From positions 129,237 through 193,236 of the forward strand of contig JBDRRK010000012.1 of assembly GCA_043825775.1 (NCBI GenBank): DNA of 64,000 nucleotides, written 5' to 3'. The stretch is from an archaeon. Its GTDB lineage: Archaea; Nanobdellota; Nanobdellia; SCGC-AAA011-G17; GW2011-AR17. The notes under the pieces were generated by a model. That model did no database searches, had not been told where the DNA came from, and was given only the letters and a program-made list of their open reading frames with translations. Positions 29,947 to 37,932 of this stretch are shown piece by piece (positions within the stretch are counted from its first letter, which is position 1; every line of letters starts with the position of its first letter). The position numbers and the translations under genes are program-made.

Positions 29947-30777
29947 TTAGGGATTTAAAAGTGTATCTAATGGGCTTTTCACGTTGAGTAGTTTAGGAGT
30001 TGCTAAGTGAACATAGATCATTGTTGTTTTTGGACTTTCATGCCCTAGTAGGTTTTGTACTGTTTGTAAATCATAATTATTTTCAATTAAGTGTGTTGCA
30101 AATGAATGTCTTAATGTGTGAGGATGGACATTTTTTGTTAATTTTGCTTTTTTTGCTGCTTTTTTTATTATTACTTGTATTGTTCTTACTGAAATATGTT
30201 TTCTTTGTCCTTTGAATAGATAATTTTCAGGTTCTAGATTGTTTTCTTCTATATGTTGTTTTATTTTTTTATTTAGTTTTTTTGCGATTATGAACATTCT
30301 GTCTTTGTTGCCTTTTCCTTGTCTCACCCACCCAAAATTGTTTTTAAGTTCAAGGTGATTTACTTTTAATTTTGTTACTTCACTAACCCTTAATCCTGCT
30401 GAGTATAGAAGCTCAATCATTAGTTTATGTTTTTTGTTTTTTATTGCATTTAATAATAAGATTACTTCTTCTTGTGTTAATACTGTTGGTAGAATGTTTT
30501 TTGTTCTTGCTGGTTGTATTTCTAGTACATATTGTTTGTTTAGAATGTTTTTTAGTGTAAACTTTATTGCTTGCAATTGTAGATTTAATGTACTTTCAGA
30601 TATATTTGTTAGTGATAAGTTGTATAAATAATCTTTTATGTCTTTTTTTGTTATCTTTTTTGGTTCTTTTTGACATTTTTTAAGAAATTGTTTTATTGCA
30701 TAAGTATATGATTTAATTGTTTTAGGACTGTATTTTCTTCTTATCAATTCTTTTTGCATTTTATAGATTAAATCCAT
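29947..30777 (-). CDS. tyrosine recombinase (Xer/integron-like, lacks IntI-specific insertion)
   Basis: N-terminal YSPKTIKSY core-binding domain; intact R-K-H-R-H-Y set: GLRVSE, GKGNKDR, HTLRHSFATH, LGH, TMIY. Confidence 0.93.
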   Translation of the reverse strand: MDLIYKMQKELIRRKYSPKTIKSYTYAIKQFLKKCQKEPKKITKKDIKDYLYNLSLTNISESTLNLQLQAIKFTLKNILNKQYVLEIQPARTKNILPTVLTQEEVILLLNAIKNKKHKLMIELLYSAGLRVSEVTKLKVNHLELKNNFGWVRQGKGNKDRMFIIAKKLNKKIKQHIEENNLEPENYLFKGQRKHISVRTIQVIIKKAAKKAKLTKNVHPHTLRHSFATHLIENNYDLQTVQNLLGHESPKTTMIYVHLATPKLLNVKSPLDTLLNP

Positions 30778-31129
30778 ATTATTTATTATAAAAATAGTGT
30801 TAATAAGGTCTTATGTAGGAATTCCGGAAATCTTTCGGTAGTAACAGAAAATATAATTGTGAAGAGTTGTTTTTTGTGAGATAAAGGCTCCAGGGTGTGA
30901 ATTATGGAGACTTGCGTATATTAGGAGTTGTATACAATTAATTTTCTCCCTCCCTTTTCTTAAAATCCTTAAAATTTGAGAAATTATGGAGTTCAGTCTG
31001 TATCTTCTAAGTTATGGTCAACAGTCTATCTTTCCCACCCCGAAAATTAACTCTGCGTCGGCTCCGCCTCCTTGTCCTTCCCTTCGGTCAGGAGTATCCA
31101 ACATCGTTGGACGAAATAATAAACTGACC

Positions 31130-31435
31130 CTATTCAATTCCATCTAAATAGATTTTTTTAGAAAAAGTACCTCTTTCATAAGCTTTGTTTCTTCTAACTT
31201 CTTCTAATTCATTAATTGGAACACCATAGAAATCAGCTAATGCATACACAACTTCCATAACATCTGCCAATTCATTTATATCCTTTGCATCCCTAAGTTC
31301 AGCAATTTCCTCATCAAGTTTCCTCCAAAGTTCTGTTTCAAGTTCTGTATCATCCGCAAGAATATGTGTGAGGGGAGTTCTTCCACTTTCACTGATGATT
31401 TTTGGAATTCTATCTCTTACTAGTTTATTTGCCAT
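31130..31435 (-). CDS. MazG-like / phosphoribosyl-ATP pyrophosphohydrolase family NTP pyrophosphatase (cassette gene)
   Basis: KLVRD.IP, KL.EE..E, ELAD..EV, R..K..ERG.F. Confidence 0.88.
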   Translation of the reverse strand: MANKLVRDRIPKIISESGRTPLTHILADDTELETELWRKLDEEIAELRDAKDINELADVMEVVYALADFYGVPINELEEVRRNKAYERGTFSKKIYLDGIE

Positions 31436-31561
31436 AATCAAAAGTTTAAAACTATATTTTATATGTCTTTCGGGTCAGTTTATTACTCTCCTTCACTTCG
31501 TTCAGTCGCCCTTCCTTTCAGTCAGGGTCGTCCAACACCGTTGGGCGCAATTGGAAAATAA

Positions 31562-31774
31562 CTATCTTCTTATTCTTGGTCTCATTAATTCTTCGAGGTT
31601 GTCTTCAGCAAGTCCACGCAATATTGCACAAGTAGTTCTTCTTTTAGTAATATCTAACCTTCTTTTGTCTGAAACTACTTCTGGAACCACAGGATTTATA
31701 CCAGAATTTGCGGGTCTATAGCCAACCTCATAGTCACACAATTGCTCTTCTTTTGTAGAATAATCTGTTGTCAT
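31562..31774 (-). CDS. hypothetical 70-aa cassette protein
   Basis: ATG 31774 has a TATA-like element upstream and fits inside the cassette inverted repeats. Confidence 0.55.
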   Translation of the reverse strand: MTTDYSTKEEQLCDYEVGYRPANSGINPVVPEVVSDKRRLDITKRRTTCAILRGLAEDNLEELMRPRIRR

Positions 31775-31854
31775 GGGTTTAAGAAAGTCCTTGACATTAA
31801 TAATATTTGTTATTTTCCAACTGTCCAGTCGCTTCGCTCCTCGCCCAACACCCC

Positions 31855-31873
31855 TTTTACGACTTTTCTCGCC
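31855..31873 (+). repeat. left terminal inverted repeat TTTTACGACTTTTCTCGCC
   Basis: Reverse complement matches 63864-63882 at 18/19 nt. Confidence 0.8.
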
Positions 31874-31908
31874 ATAAAATATGGATTTTCTGAAAAAAAA
31901 TACCGCCT

Positions 31909-31938
31909 TAATACACTGTCCGAAACCCGCCTTTAAAA
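31909..31938 (+). promoter_or_regulatory. element backbone promoter motif, copy 1
   Basis: TAATACACTGTCCGAAACCCGCCTTTAAAA upstream of the integrase operon. Confidence 0.75.
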
Positions 31939-31972
31939 TGCGGAAAACACAGGACATGTGAGGAGGAAAAAG

Positions 31973-32356
31973 ATGAGAGGCACTGTTTATGACAAGATGA
32001 GGGTTTTGAAAGAAGGCCTGAAAAAGGAGTTCAAGTGGCTGAAAGATAGGGAGATGTTTGGGGCAATGTCAAAGCTAAGTTCATGGCATTACCCAAATAA
32101 AAGAACCAAGACAATGAAGCTGACAAATCAGGAGGCAATGATCTACGAGTTTCTGTTGAAGAACAACTATAATCCTTCAACCTGCTACAAGTGGATGCTT
32201 GCCTGCTGTACAAACGAGGATCTGCAGAAAAAGCTGATGAAAGGAGAAATCAGCATGAAGAAAGCAATACAGCAACCTTATGGCAAACTCTCGCAGACAG
32301 AGCAGGAATTCTTGTACCAGATAAAATTATGCATTAAAAAATATGTAATAAGGTGA
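31973..32356 (+). CDS. hypothetical protein translationally coupled to the integrase
   Basis: GAGGAGG SD; GTGA overlap with the integrase ORF. Confidence 0.7.
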   Translation: MRGTVYDKMRVLKEGLKKEFKWLKDREMFGAMSKLSSWHYPNKRTKTMKLTNQEAMIYEFLLKNNYNPSTCYKWMLACCTNEDLQKKLMKGEISMKKAIQQPYGKLSQTEQEFLYQIKLCIKKYVIR

Positions 32357-33183
32357 TAAACATGAAAACAAAATATGCACAGGACAGAGGGGAGAACAAG
32401 CCCTTTACTTGTTCAAAGAAAAAGCTTCCCTATGTTCCCACAAGGGAGGAAATCTTGAAACTATTGGCTTATGCAGATGATGTTAGATTGGGATTTTCAA
32501 TATTTGTCAGTGTTTTTCAAGGTTTACGAATTGGGGAAACTGCGAAATTAAAATGGAGCAATGTTGACTTAATTAATGGCGAAATAAGAATTATTGATGG
32601 AAAAAATACAAGAAGGTATAAGTCAGGCTATGGAAAAGACAGGATAGTTCCGATAAATGAGATGTTCTTGTATATATGGAAGGCTTGGAGATTAATGAAT
32701 CCAGATCAGGAGTATGTTCTTCCAAGTGATGATAGGTTTGGAGTAAGGGCTGATTACAAGAATATAGTTAGACAGATACAGAAGAAATTGTTTAGTTCCC
32801 TGAAAAAAGCTGAATTGTTACAAGTTGATTATTATCAAAAGGATGGCAAGCCAAGATACAGATATCACACGCATTCTTTTAGGCATGTTTGTGGCACTAA
32901 CTTAAGAAGAGCTGGAATGAGGATTGAGGATATTCGAGATTTTCTTGGGCATGATGACATTGATACGACACAGGTTTACACTGAATTAACTAAAGATGAT
33001 CTAAGAGAAGTAAGCCATACTGCTTATGCTTATCCTAAAAGCAGTTTAGGATTACCTAAAGTGGAGATAAGTGTTGACAAGGAAACCTTGCTTTTACAGA
33101 GAGAGATTATTGAGAAGCAGTTGGAATTGGCAAAAATGCAGATGATTGGAAAAAGGGAGGTTGAAATCTATGCGGATATGTAA
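32353..33183 (+). CDS. tyrosine recombinase/integrase, catalytic domain only
   Basis: GLRIGE, DGK, HSFRH, LGH, TQVY; only ~25 aa precede the catalytic domain; probable ATG 32362. Confidence 0.92.
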   Translation: MINMKTKYAQDRGENKPFTCSKKKLPYVPTREEILKLLAYADDVRLGFSIFVSVFQGLRIGETAKLKWSNVDLINGEIRIIDGKNTRRYKSGYGKDRIVPINEMFLYIWKAWRLMNPDQEYVLPSDDRFGVRADYKNIVRQIQKKLFSSLKKAELLQVDYYQKDGKPRYRYHTHSFRHVCGTNLRRAGMRIEDIRDFLGHDDIDTTQVYTELTKDDLREVSHTAYAYPKSSLGLPKVEISVDKETLLLQREIIEKQLELAKMQMIGKREVEIYADM

Positions 33184-33475
33184 CAACAAAAGGTATGAAA
33201 ATGAATTTGTCAAGAAGATGATTGATGAAGGACATCATTGTGAGAGAGTAGCTGGTAGTGGTTCAGGTAGAAATGCAGTTTGTGATTGTGTTTTATTTAA
33301 GGAAGGCAAGGTGTACTTAGTTGAGGTCAAGGCAACAAAAGAGAAAAAATTCTATTTTAGGGCTGGAATTAAACAGCAGTTGGACATTATGTCGAATATT
33401 GCAAGAAAGTCGAACGTTGGGGCTTTATTGGCCATCAAATTCAAACACAGAGGCTGGGAGATCATGGAATTATGA
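33170..33475 (+). CDS. Holliday junction resolvase Hjc-like PD-(D/E)XK nuclease
   Basis: YENE...L/M, RVAGSG...CDCV...YLVEVK; GGAGG SD before ATG 33170. Confidence 0.8.
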   Translation: MRICNNKRYENEFVKKMIDEGHHCERVAGSGSGRNAVCDCVLFKEGKVYLVEVKATKEKKFYFRAGIKQQLDIMSNIARKSNVGALLAIKFKHRGWEIMEL

Positions 33476-33933
33476 AGATTCGTGATAGATTATTGGAGCT
33501 TTTGCAGGATTCTCCCCTGACTACAAAGGAAATACAGACAAATATTCCAGACAAGAGTAACAGGGTTTTAGCAGCAACTGTTAGCAATAATCCTGAGGTG
33601 TTTATTAGATTGGAGATGGGATTGGTTGGGTTGAAGAATAGGGATGAGCATTTGGTTACAGGGAAGAAGATAAGGCACGATAAATATTGTTTGTATAAGA
33701 AAATAGCTAATTTGTTAATTGAAAGGGAGAGAAGATTGGAAGAGTTGTATGATGCTCTTCCTGATGAGAAGATGGTTTCTATTAGGGCAAGTGTTACTCA
33801 GCATCCTGAATTGTTTTTTAGAATTGAACCTGGTGTTATTGGTAGAAGAGGAAGGGATGAGTATTTAATTGAGAAGTATAGGAGAGCAAGGAATTCTACT
33901 AAGATTCGTAGACCTAGGTTGGTGAATAGGTAA
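33472..33933 (+). CDS. tandem winged-helix protein (two internal repeats)
   Basis: Repeats ...PDKS..VL.A.V...PEVFIRLEMGLVGLKNRDEHL and ...PDEK..SI.A.V...PELFFRIEPGVIGRRGRDEYL. Confidence 0.65.
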   Translation: MKIRDRLLELLQDSPLTTKEIQTNIPDKSNRVLAATVSNNPEVFIRLEMGLVGLKNRDEHLVTGKKIRHDKYCLYKKIANLLIERERRLEELYDALPDEKMVSIRASVTQHPELFFRIEPGVIGRRGRDEYLIEKYRRARNSTKIRRPRLVNR

Positions 33934-34689
33934 TTATTTTTTAGCTTGTTTCCATAAACTATCAAATAATTCCTTAAACTGTTGTGAATATGAAATATTT
34001 TCTATAAATATACAATTAGGTTCATCGAAATTGAATAAGAGTGTTATGTTGCCACAAACCATAAAATTGGATTTATCAGTTCCTTTGTGGTATCTGTATT
34101 CTTTATCATAGTTTTTGAAACTTTTTCCTTTCCTTTTTTCCTTTCCTTCCTTTGTAATAGAAGTCATGATAACTTTGGTTTTAATCCCTTTCTTTTTTGT
34201 AAGATCCATATATTTAGGCCATAAAAGTACAATATCTCTTTCTTTGCTATCATTTGCCCCATAAAGGTAGATTATTGACTTTTTATCTAATTGTTCTATG
34301 AAACTAAATAAAGCACTTCTGATTCCTTCAATACTTTCATAGACTTTCACATTACAAGATTCTTTTTTTGAATTAAATTCTTCTTCCAATTCAGGTAATT
34401 GTTTGAGGAAGGCACTTTCTTCTTGTTCAATACTAAGCTTTTTTTGTTTGATATAATCAGATATCTTTTTTGGATTTTGGGGAATATAATATTTTATATT
34501 ATTTTTAATAACAAAAGAGATTATTCCTTTGTTTGTTAACGAATCTAGAACTTGGTATATTTTGCCTGATTTAAATTTGGATTCTTTGATTATTTTACTT
34601 ACTTTTGATTCTCCTATCTTGATTAATGTAAGATAGATTATTGCTTCATTTCTTGTTAATCCAAATTTCATTAAAATTTCAGGTTTCAT
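33934..34689 (-). CDS. TrmB-family HTH transcriptional regulator
   Basis: GLTRNEA.IY..L...G, IY.VL.SL..KG, F..LW..AKK. Confidence 0.85.
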   Translation of the reverse strand: MKPEILMKFGLTRNEAIIYLTLIKIGESKVSKIIKESKFKSGKIYQVLDSLTNKGIISFVIKNNIKYYIPQNPKKISDYIKQKKLSIEQEESAFLKQLPELEEEFNSKKESCNVKVYESIEGIRSALFSFIEQLDKKSIIYLYGANDSKERDIVLLWPKYMDLTKKKGIKTKVIMTSITKEGKEKRKGKSFKNYDKEYRYHKGTDKSNFMVCGNITLLFNFDEPNCIFIENISYSQQFKELFDSLWKQAKK

Positions 34690-34732
34690 ATAATTTAGAA
34701 ATATTTTGTCATATATAAATGTTACTTTTACA

Positions 34733-34748
34733 CTCCCCTTGAGGGGGT
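34733..34748. promoter_or_regulatory. palindromic operator CTCCCCT..A.GGGGT, copy 1
   Basis: Lies between the divergent promoters of the TrmB gene and the GNAT gene; similar site at 36660. Confidence 0.5.
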
Positions 34749-34784
34749 TTAATATTTATATAGTAATCAAAAAAGCTAATCTAT

Positions 34785-35306
34785 ATGAGAATGAGAATCG
34801 GAGAATTTGGGATAAGATATGATAGGTATAATAGAAGATATCTTGATTTTAGAGCAGATGATGTTGCTAATGATTTGATAAGATTACAACGTCTTATTCC
34901 TGAATTTAAGGATCCTCGTTCAGAAGAAGAATTATTAGATAGGTTAAGTTTAAGGTACATAAGAAGAGCTGATCTGGTAACAGCACAAGATGGTAGGGGA
35001 TTAGGACAAGATATTGGTTTTCTTTTTTCATACTCTTTTTCTGATTCTGATACTTATCTATGGTTGGGAGGAGTTGTTCCAGAGCATAGGAATAATGGTT
35101 TGATGTCAGCAATGATAGATTTTACACAAATTATTAATCCAAAAAGTTATATGAAAGTAAAGACCTACTCTGAATTTGTTAATATGCGACGATTACTTGA
35201 GGAAGAAAAATGCTTTGATCTCTTGAAAGAATCTGAGGAAAAAGATGGGAGAGTAAGTATGGAATATGTTGCTCGTTTTACTCATAATATGTTATTAGAA
35301 GAATGA
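34785..35306 (+). CDS. GNAT family acetyltransferase
   Basis: YLWLGGVVPEHRNNGLMSAM acetyl-CoA motif A. Confidence 0.75.
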   Translation: MRMRIGEFGIRYDRYNRRYLDFRADDVANDLIRLQRLIPEFKDPRSEEELLDRLSLRYIRRADLVTAQDGRGLGQDIGFLFSYSFSDSDTYLWLGGVVPEHRNNGLMSAMIDFTQIINPKSYMKVKTYSEFVNMRRLLEEEKCFDLLKESEEKDGRVSMEYVARFTHNMLLEE

Positions 35307-35702
35307 TTATTCAATTGTAACAGGAAAACCAACTTCTTTAAGAGCCTCTACAGCAATTTCAAATTTTTCTTCCCTAATCATTATATAATCTCTTGAAAAT
35401 GTTGAAACAACAAGTATATTTAATCCTTTATCAGCAATAGTTTTAGATATTTTTGCTAAGAATCCGGGTGCGAGAAAAGGAATAGAAACCTTAATCTCAA
35501 AAAGCTTGAACCATTTTACATCTTTTTCATATTTGGTATTCTTGAGATTTCCTTCTTCTGTTACAATAGTAGTTTCTGTTTCATCTTTACATATAAGAAA
35601 GTGATTTTTTATTTCAGTTTCTTCTCCTTGTAAATAAGCATATCTTCCTTTATGAACAATTACTGGACTTGCTTTTATTACTTCGTCTAATGTTGGTTCC
35701 AT
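35307..35702 (-). CDS. ACT domain protein (CASTOR-like)
   Basis: PGFLAKISKTIADKGLNILVVSTFSRDYI. Confidence 0.8.
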   Translation of the reverse strand: MEPTLDEVIKASPVIVHKGRYAYLQGEETEIKNHFLICKDETETTIVTEEGNLKNTKYEKDVKWFKLFEIKVSIPFLAPGFLAKISKTIADKGLNILVVSTFSRDYIMIREEKFEIAVEALKEVGFPVTIE

Positions 35703-35742
35703 AGAAAAAATAAAATTGTTCTATATTAAATAGTTTACTAAT

Positions 35743-36108
35743 CTATTTCTCTTTAAATTTAGAATTCTTACTAACAAACTTTCTAACACTTTTTTCAATT
35801 TTCTCATTCATATAACCAATAACAAAGACCTTTTTACTTCCAAAAATTATATCAATATTACAACCATCACAGCTAAAGTTATACCTTTCATCTACAATTT
35901 TTTTAACATCCTTTTCTTCAAGCTCTTTTTCAGCGTCTTTAACAGATGGATTCCATTTTTTGTAAACCATTTCATCTAAATGCTCAAGAAAGACATATGA
36001 AATTCCATGAATAAATTTATGTAAAAATTGTAAAATATCTTGATTTTTTTCAAATACAAAATAGGAATATCCATCTCTGTTTCCAATTGATGTAATTATT
36101 ACTGCCAT
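35743..36108 (-). CDS. hypothetical protein
   Basis: 121 aa with upstream TATA-like element. Confidence 0.6.
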   Translation of the reverse strand: MAVIITSIGNRDGYSYFVFEKNQDILQFLHKFIHGISYVFLEHLDEMVYKKWNPSVKDAEKELEEKDVKKIVDERYNFSCDGCNIDIIFGSKKVFVIGYMNEKIEKSVRKFVSKNSKFKEK

Positions 36109-36187
36109 TTAATAAGGTAAAATCTTTGAATTTAATAGTTTTTCTCTTAAGTAAAACTTATAAAACCAAAGAAATATTCCCTTTTTT

Positions 36188-36418
36188 ATGAAAAACGAAG
36201 AAAGACCTCATTATTGTTCTGCTTGTGATTTATATGCTATTTCAGAAAGATGTTTTTTATATAGTGTAGAACAGGCAGATCCATTAATTGCTAGAGAAAT
36301 TACATCTATAACAATTGAACAAAGATGTGATGTTGTAAAAGCTCAGATTAAAAGGCAGATAAATTTAAGAGGAATATGTTTAGGTAATAATCCAGATGGT
36401 TCTTTAGAATGGTTATAG
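36188..36418 (+). CDS. hypothetical Cys-rich small protein
   Basis: 76 aa; CTTATAAA promoter upstream. Confidence 0.5.
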   Translation: MKNEERPHYCSACDLYAISERCFLYSVEQADPLIAREITSITIEQRCDVVKAQIKRQINLRGICLGNNPDGSLEWL

Positions 36419-36439
36419 ATTTATGAATATTATTTCTAA

Positions 36440-36610
36440 TTATAACTTAAACCTAGTAAGATATTCTCTAATATTATCCAATTCCTGCTGAATAGCTTCC
36501 CCTTCGGTTTTCTTTCCTTCTTTAATCTCTTTAAGCAAATCTTCATAACATGATTCTACAAATATCAATAATCCATTTATTGCTTTTTGACTAAATCCTG
36601 ATGGTGGCAT
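36440..36610 (-). CDS. hypothetical 56-aa protein
   Basis: Manual translation MPPSGFSQKAINGLL...YLTRFKL; AGGAG SD; divergent from the TrmB gene. Confidence 0.6.
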   Translation of the reverse strand: MPPSGFSQKAINGLLIFVESCYEDLLKEIKEGKKTEGEAIQQELDNIREYLTRFKL

Positions 36611-36659
36611 TTTGTTTACTCCTATAATATATTTAAACCGAAAGCCTTTTATATATTAT

Positions 36660-36675
36660 CTCCCCTGTATGGGGT
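36660..36675. promoter_or_regulatory. palindromic operator CTCCCCT..A.GGGGT, copy 2
   Basis: Between the TATA and ATG of the second TrmB gene. Confidence 0.5.
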
Positions 36676-36679
36676 GTAT

Positions 36680-37429
36680 ATGTATAAAGAAAAACTACAA
36701 GAATTAGGATTAACTCAAGGAGAGGCAAAGGTTTATGAGGCTTTATTAGTCTTAGGTCCTTCAACAGTTGGTCCGATTGTTAAGAAATCTAGTGTTGCTT
36801 ATTCAAATATCTATGAAATCCTTAACAGACTATTGGATAAAGGTTTAGTCAGTTTTATTGTAAAGGAAAAAACAAAATACTTTCAAGCTGAGGATATCAA
36901 TAGGATTAATGATTATTTAATTGCTCAAGAAAAAGAATTAAATGCACGAAAGCAAACTTTTAATGAACTTCAACCCAAATTAGAGAAATTAAAAGGAGCA
37001 GATAAAAAGAAAGAAGAAGCAGAGGTCTTTATTGGTGAAAAAGGACTTATGACAGCTTATGAGAAACTAATGAAAGGTTCTAATAAAAAAGATCAAGGTT
37101 ACTTTTTTTATGTTCATGATGTAGAGTATTATGAAAGAGCTGAGAAATTTTATATTAAATCTTGGCACATTCTTAGGGAATATAAAAACAAATGGAAAGG
37201 AATAAGCACTGAAGATTTTAAGAAAACTAAATTAGCTAAAAAATATCCTCCTTTTGTTAATCAAAGATATGTTTCTTTTCCTGTTCCAAGTAATATTGAT
37301 TTTATTGGAGATAAAGTTTTGATTACAACATGGAAAGAAAATCCAGTTGGGATATTAATTCATTCTAAGGAGATAGTAGAAAGTTATAAGTCTTACTTTG
37401 ATTCTGTTTGGAAGTTGGCTAAAAAATAA
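36680..37429 (+). CDS. TrmB-family HTH transcriptional regulator
   Basis: LGLTQGEAKVY.ALL.LG, IYEIL.RL..KGLV, YF..VW..AKK. Confidence 0.88.
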   Translation: MYKEKLQELGLTQGEAKVYEALLVLGPSTVGPIVKKSSVAYSNIYEILNRLLDKGLVSFIVKEKTKYFQAEDINRINDYLIAQEKELNARKQTFNELQPKLEKLKGADKKKEEAEVFIGEKGLMTAYEKLMKGSNKKDQGYFFYVHDVEYYERAEKFYIKSWHILREYKNKWKGISTEDFKKTKLAKKYPPFVNQRYVSFPVPSNIDFIGDKVLITTWKENPVGILIHSKEIVESYKSYFDSVWKLAKK

Positions 37430-37834
37430 TCATAACTTAACTTCTTTCCACCAATCATAATAAGGTAATAACTCCTTTAACTTTACAGTTTTATTTTTGT
37501 CTAATATAATCTCTGTGTTAAGATTGCTTTCATCTGTTTCTTTAATTAATTGTCTGCAATTACCACAAGGAGGAATTACAAATATTTTGCCTTTCTCATC
37601 TTTCCAAACAGCAACTATTTTTTTGATTTTATATTCTCCCTTTGTAATCATTGAACCAATTGCAATTTTTTCAGCACAGAAAACATTTGAACCTATATCC
37701 AAGCAAGTACCAAGATAAATTTTTCCTTTAGCAGAAACCAAAGCACAACCTACATCTGCAAACAGTCCCTCTTTTGTTTTCTTGGCTTTGATTACAGATG
37801 CTGCTTTTTTGATTAAGTTCAGATTGGTTATCAT
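37430..37834 (-). CDS. cytidine deaminase family protein
   Basis: VG.AL, CAE, PPCGNCRQ. Confidence 0.88.
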   Translation of the reverse strand: MITNLNLIKKAASVIKAKKTKEGLFADVGCALVSAKGKIYLGTCLDIGSNVFCAEKIAIGSMITKGEYKIKKIVAVWKDEKGKIFVIPPCGNCRQLIKETDESNLNTEIILDKNKTVKLKELLPYYDWWKEVKL

Positions 37835-37881
37835 AATTATTTAAGAGTTTAGCCATTTAAATCTTTTTCGTAACACCACAT

Positions 37882-37911
37882 TAATACCTTTACCGAATCC
37901 CGCCTTTTAAC
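37882..37911 (+). promoter_or_regulatory. element backbone promoter motif, copy 2
   Basis: TAATACCTTTACCGAATCCCGCCTTTTAAC; MTase ATG is 51 nt after motif start. Confidence 0.75.
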
Positions 37912-37932
37912 CAAAGTAAGCACAGTGCTTAT

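Larger units (their letters stand above)
30927..31852 (+). mobile_element. array of three integron-like cassettes (30927-31105, 31106-31539, 31540-31852)
   Basis: Each begins GTTG-N4-MAAT and ends with its own reverse complement ...AAC plus ATC/ACC; inner cassette-specific inverted repeats of 9, 14 and 12 bp. Confidence 0.8.

Noticed and set aside
30927..31852. CRISPR array or classical attC array
   Set aside because: Units are 179-434 bp with non-identical ends and no cas genes nearby; the R-like cores are only 3 nt apart with no internal L boxes, so they are reported as non-canonical cassettes instead
31562..31957. 131-aa ORF as given in the ORF track
   Set aside because: Its 5' part runs across the cassette end, the element inverted repeat and a promoter; the real gene more plausibly starts at ATG 31774
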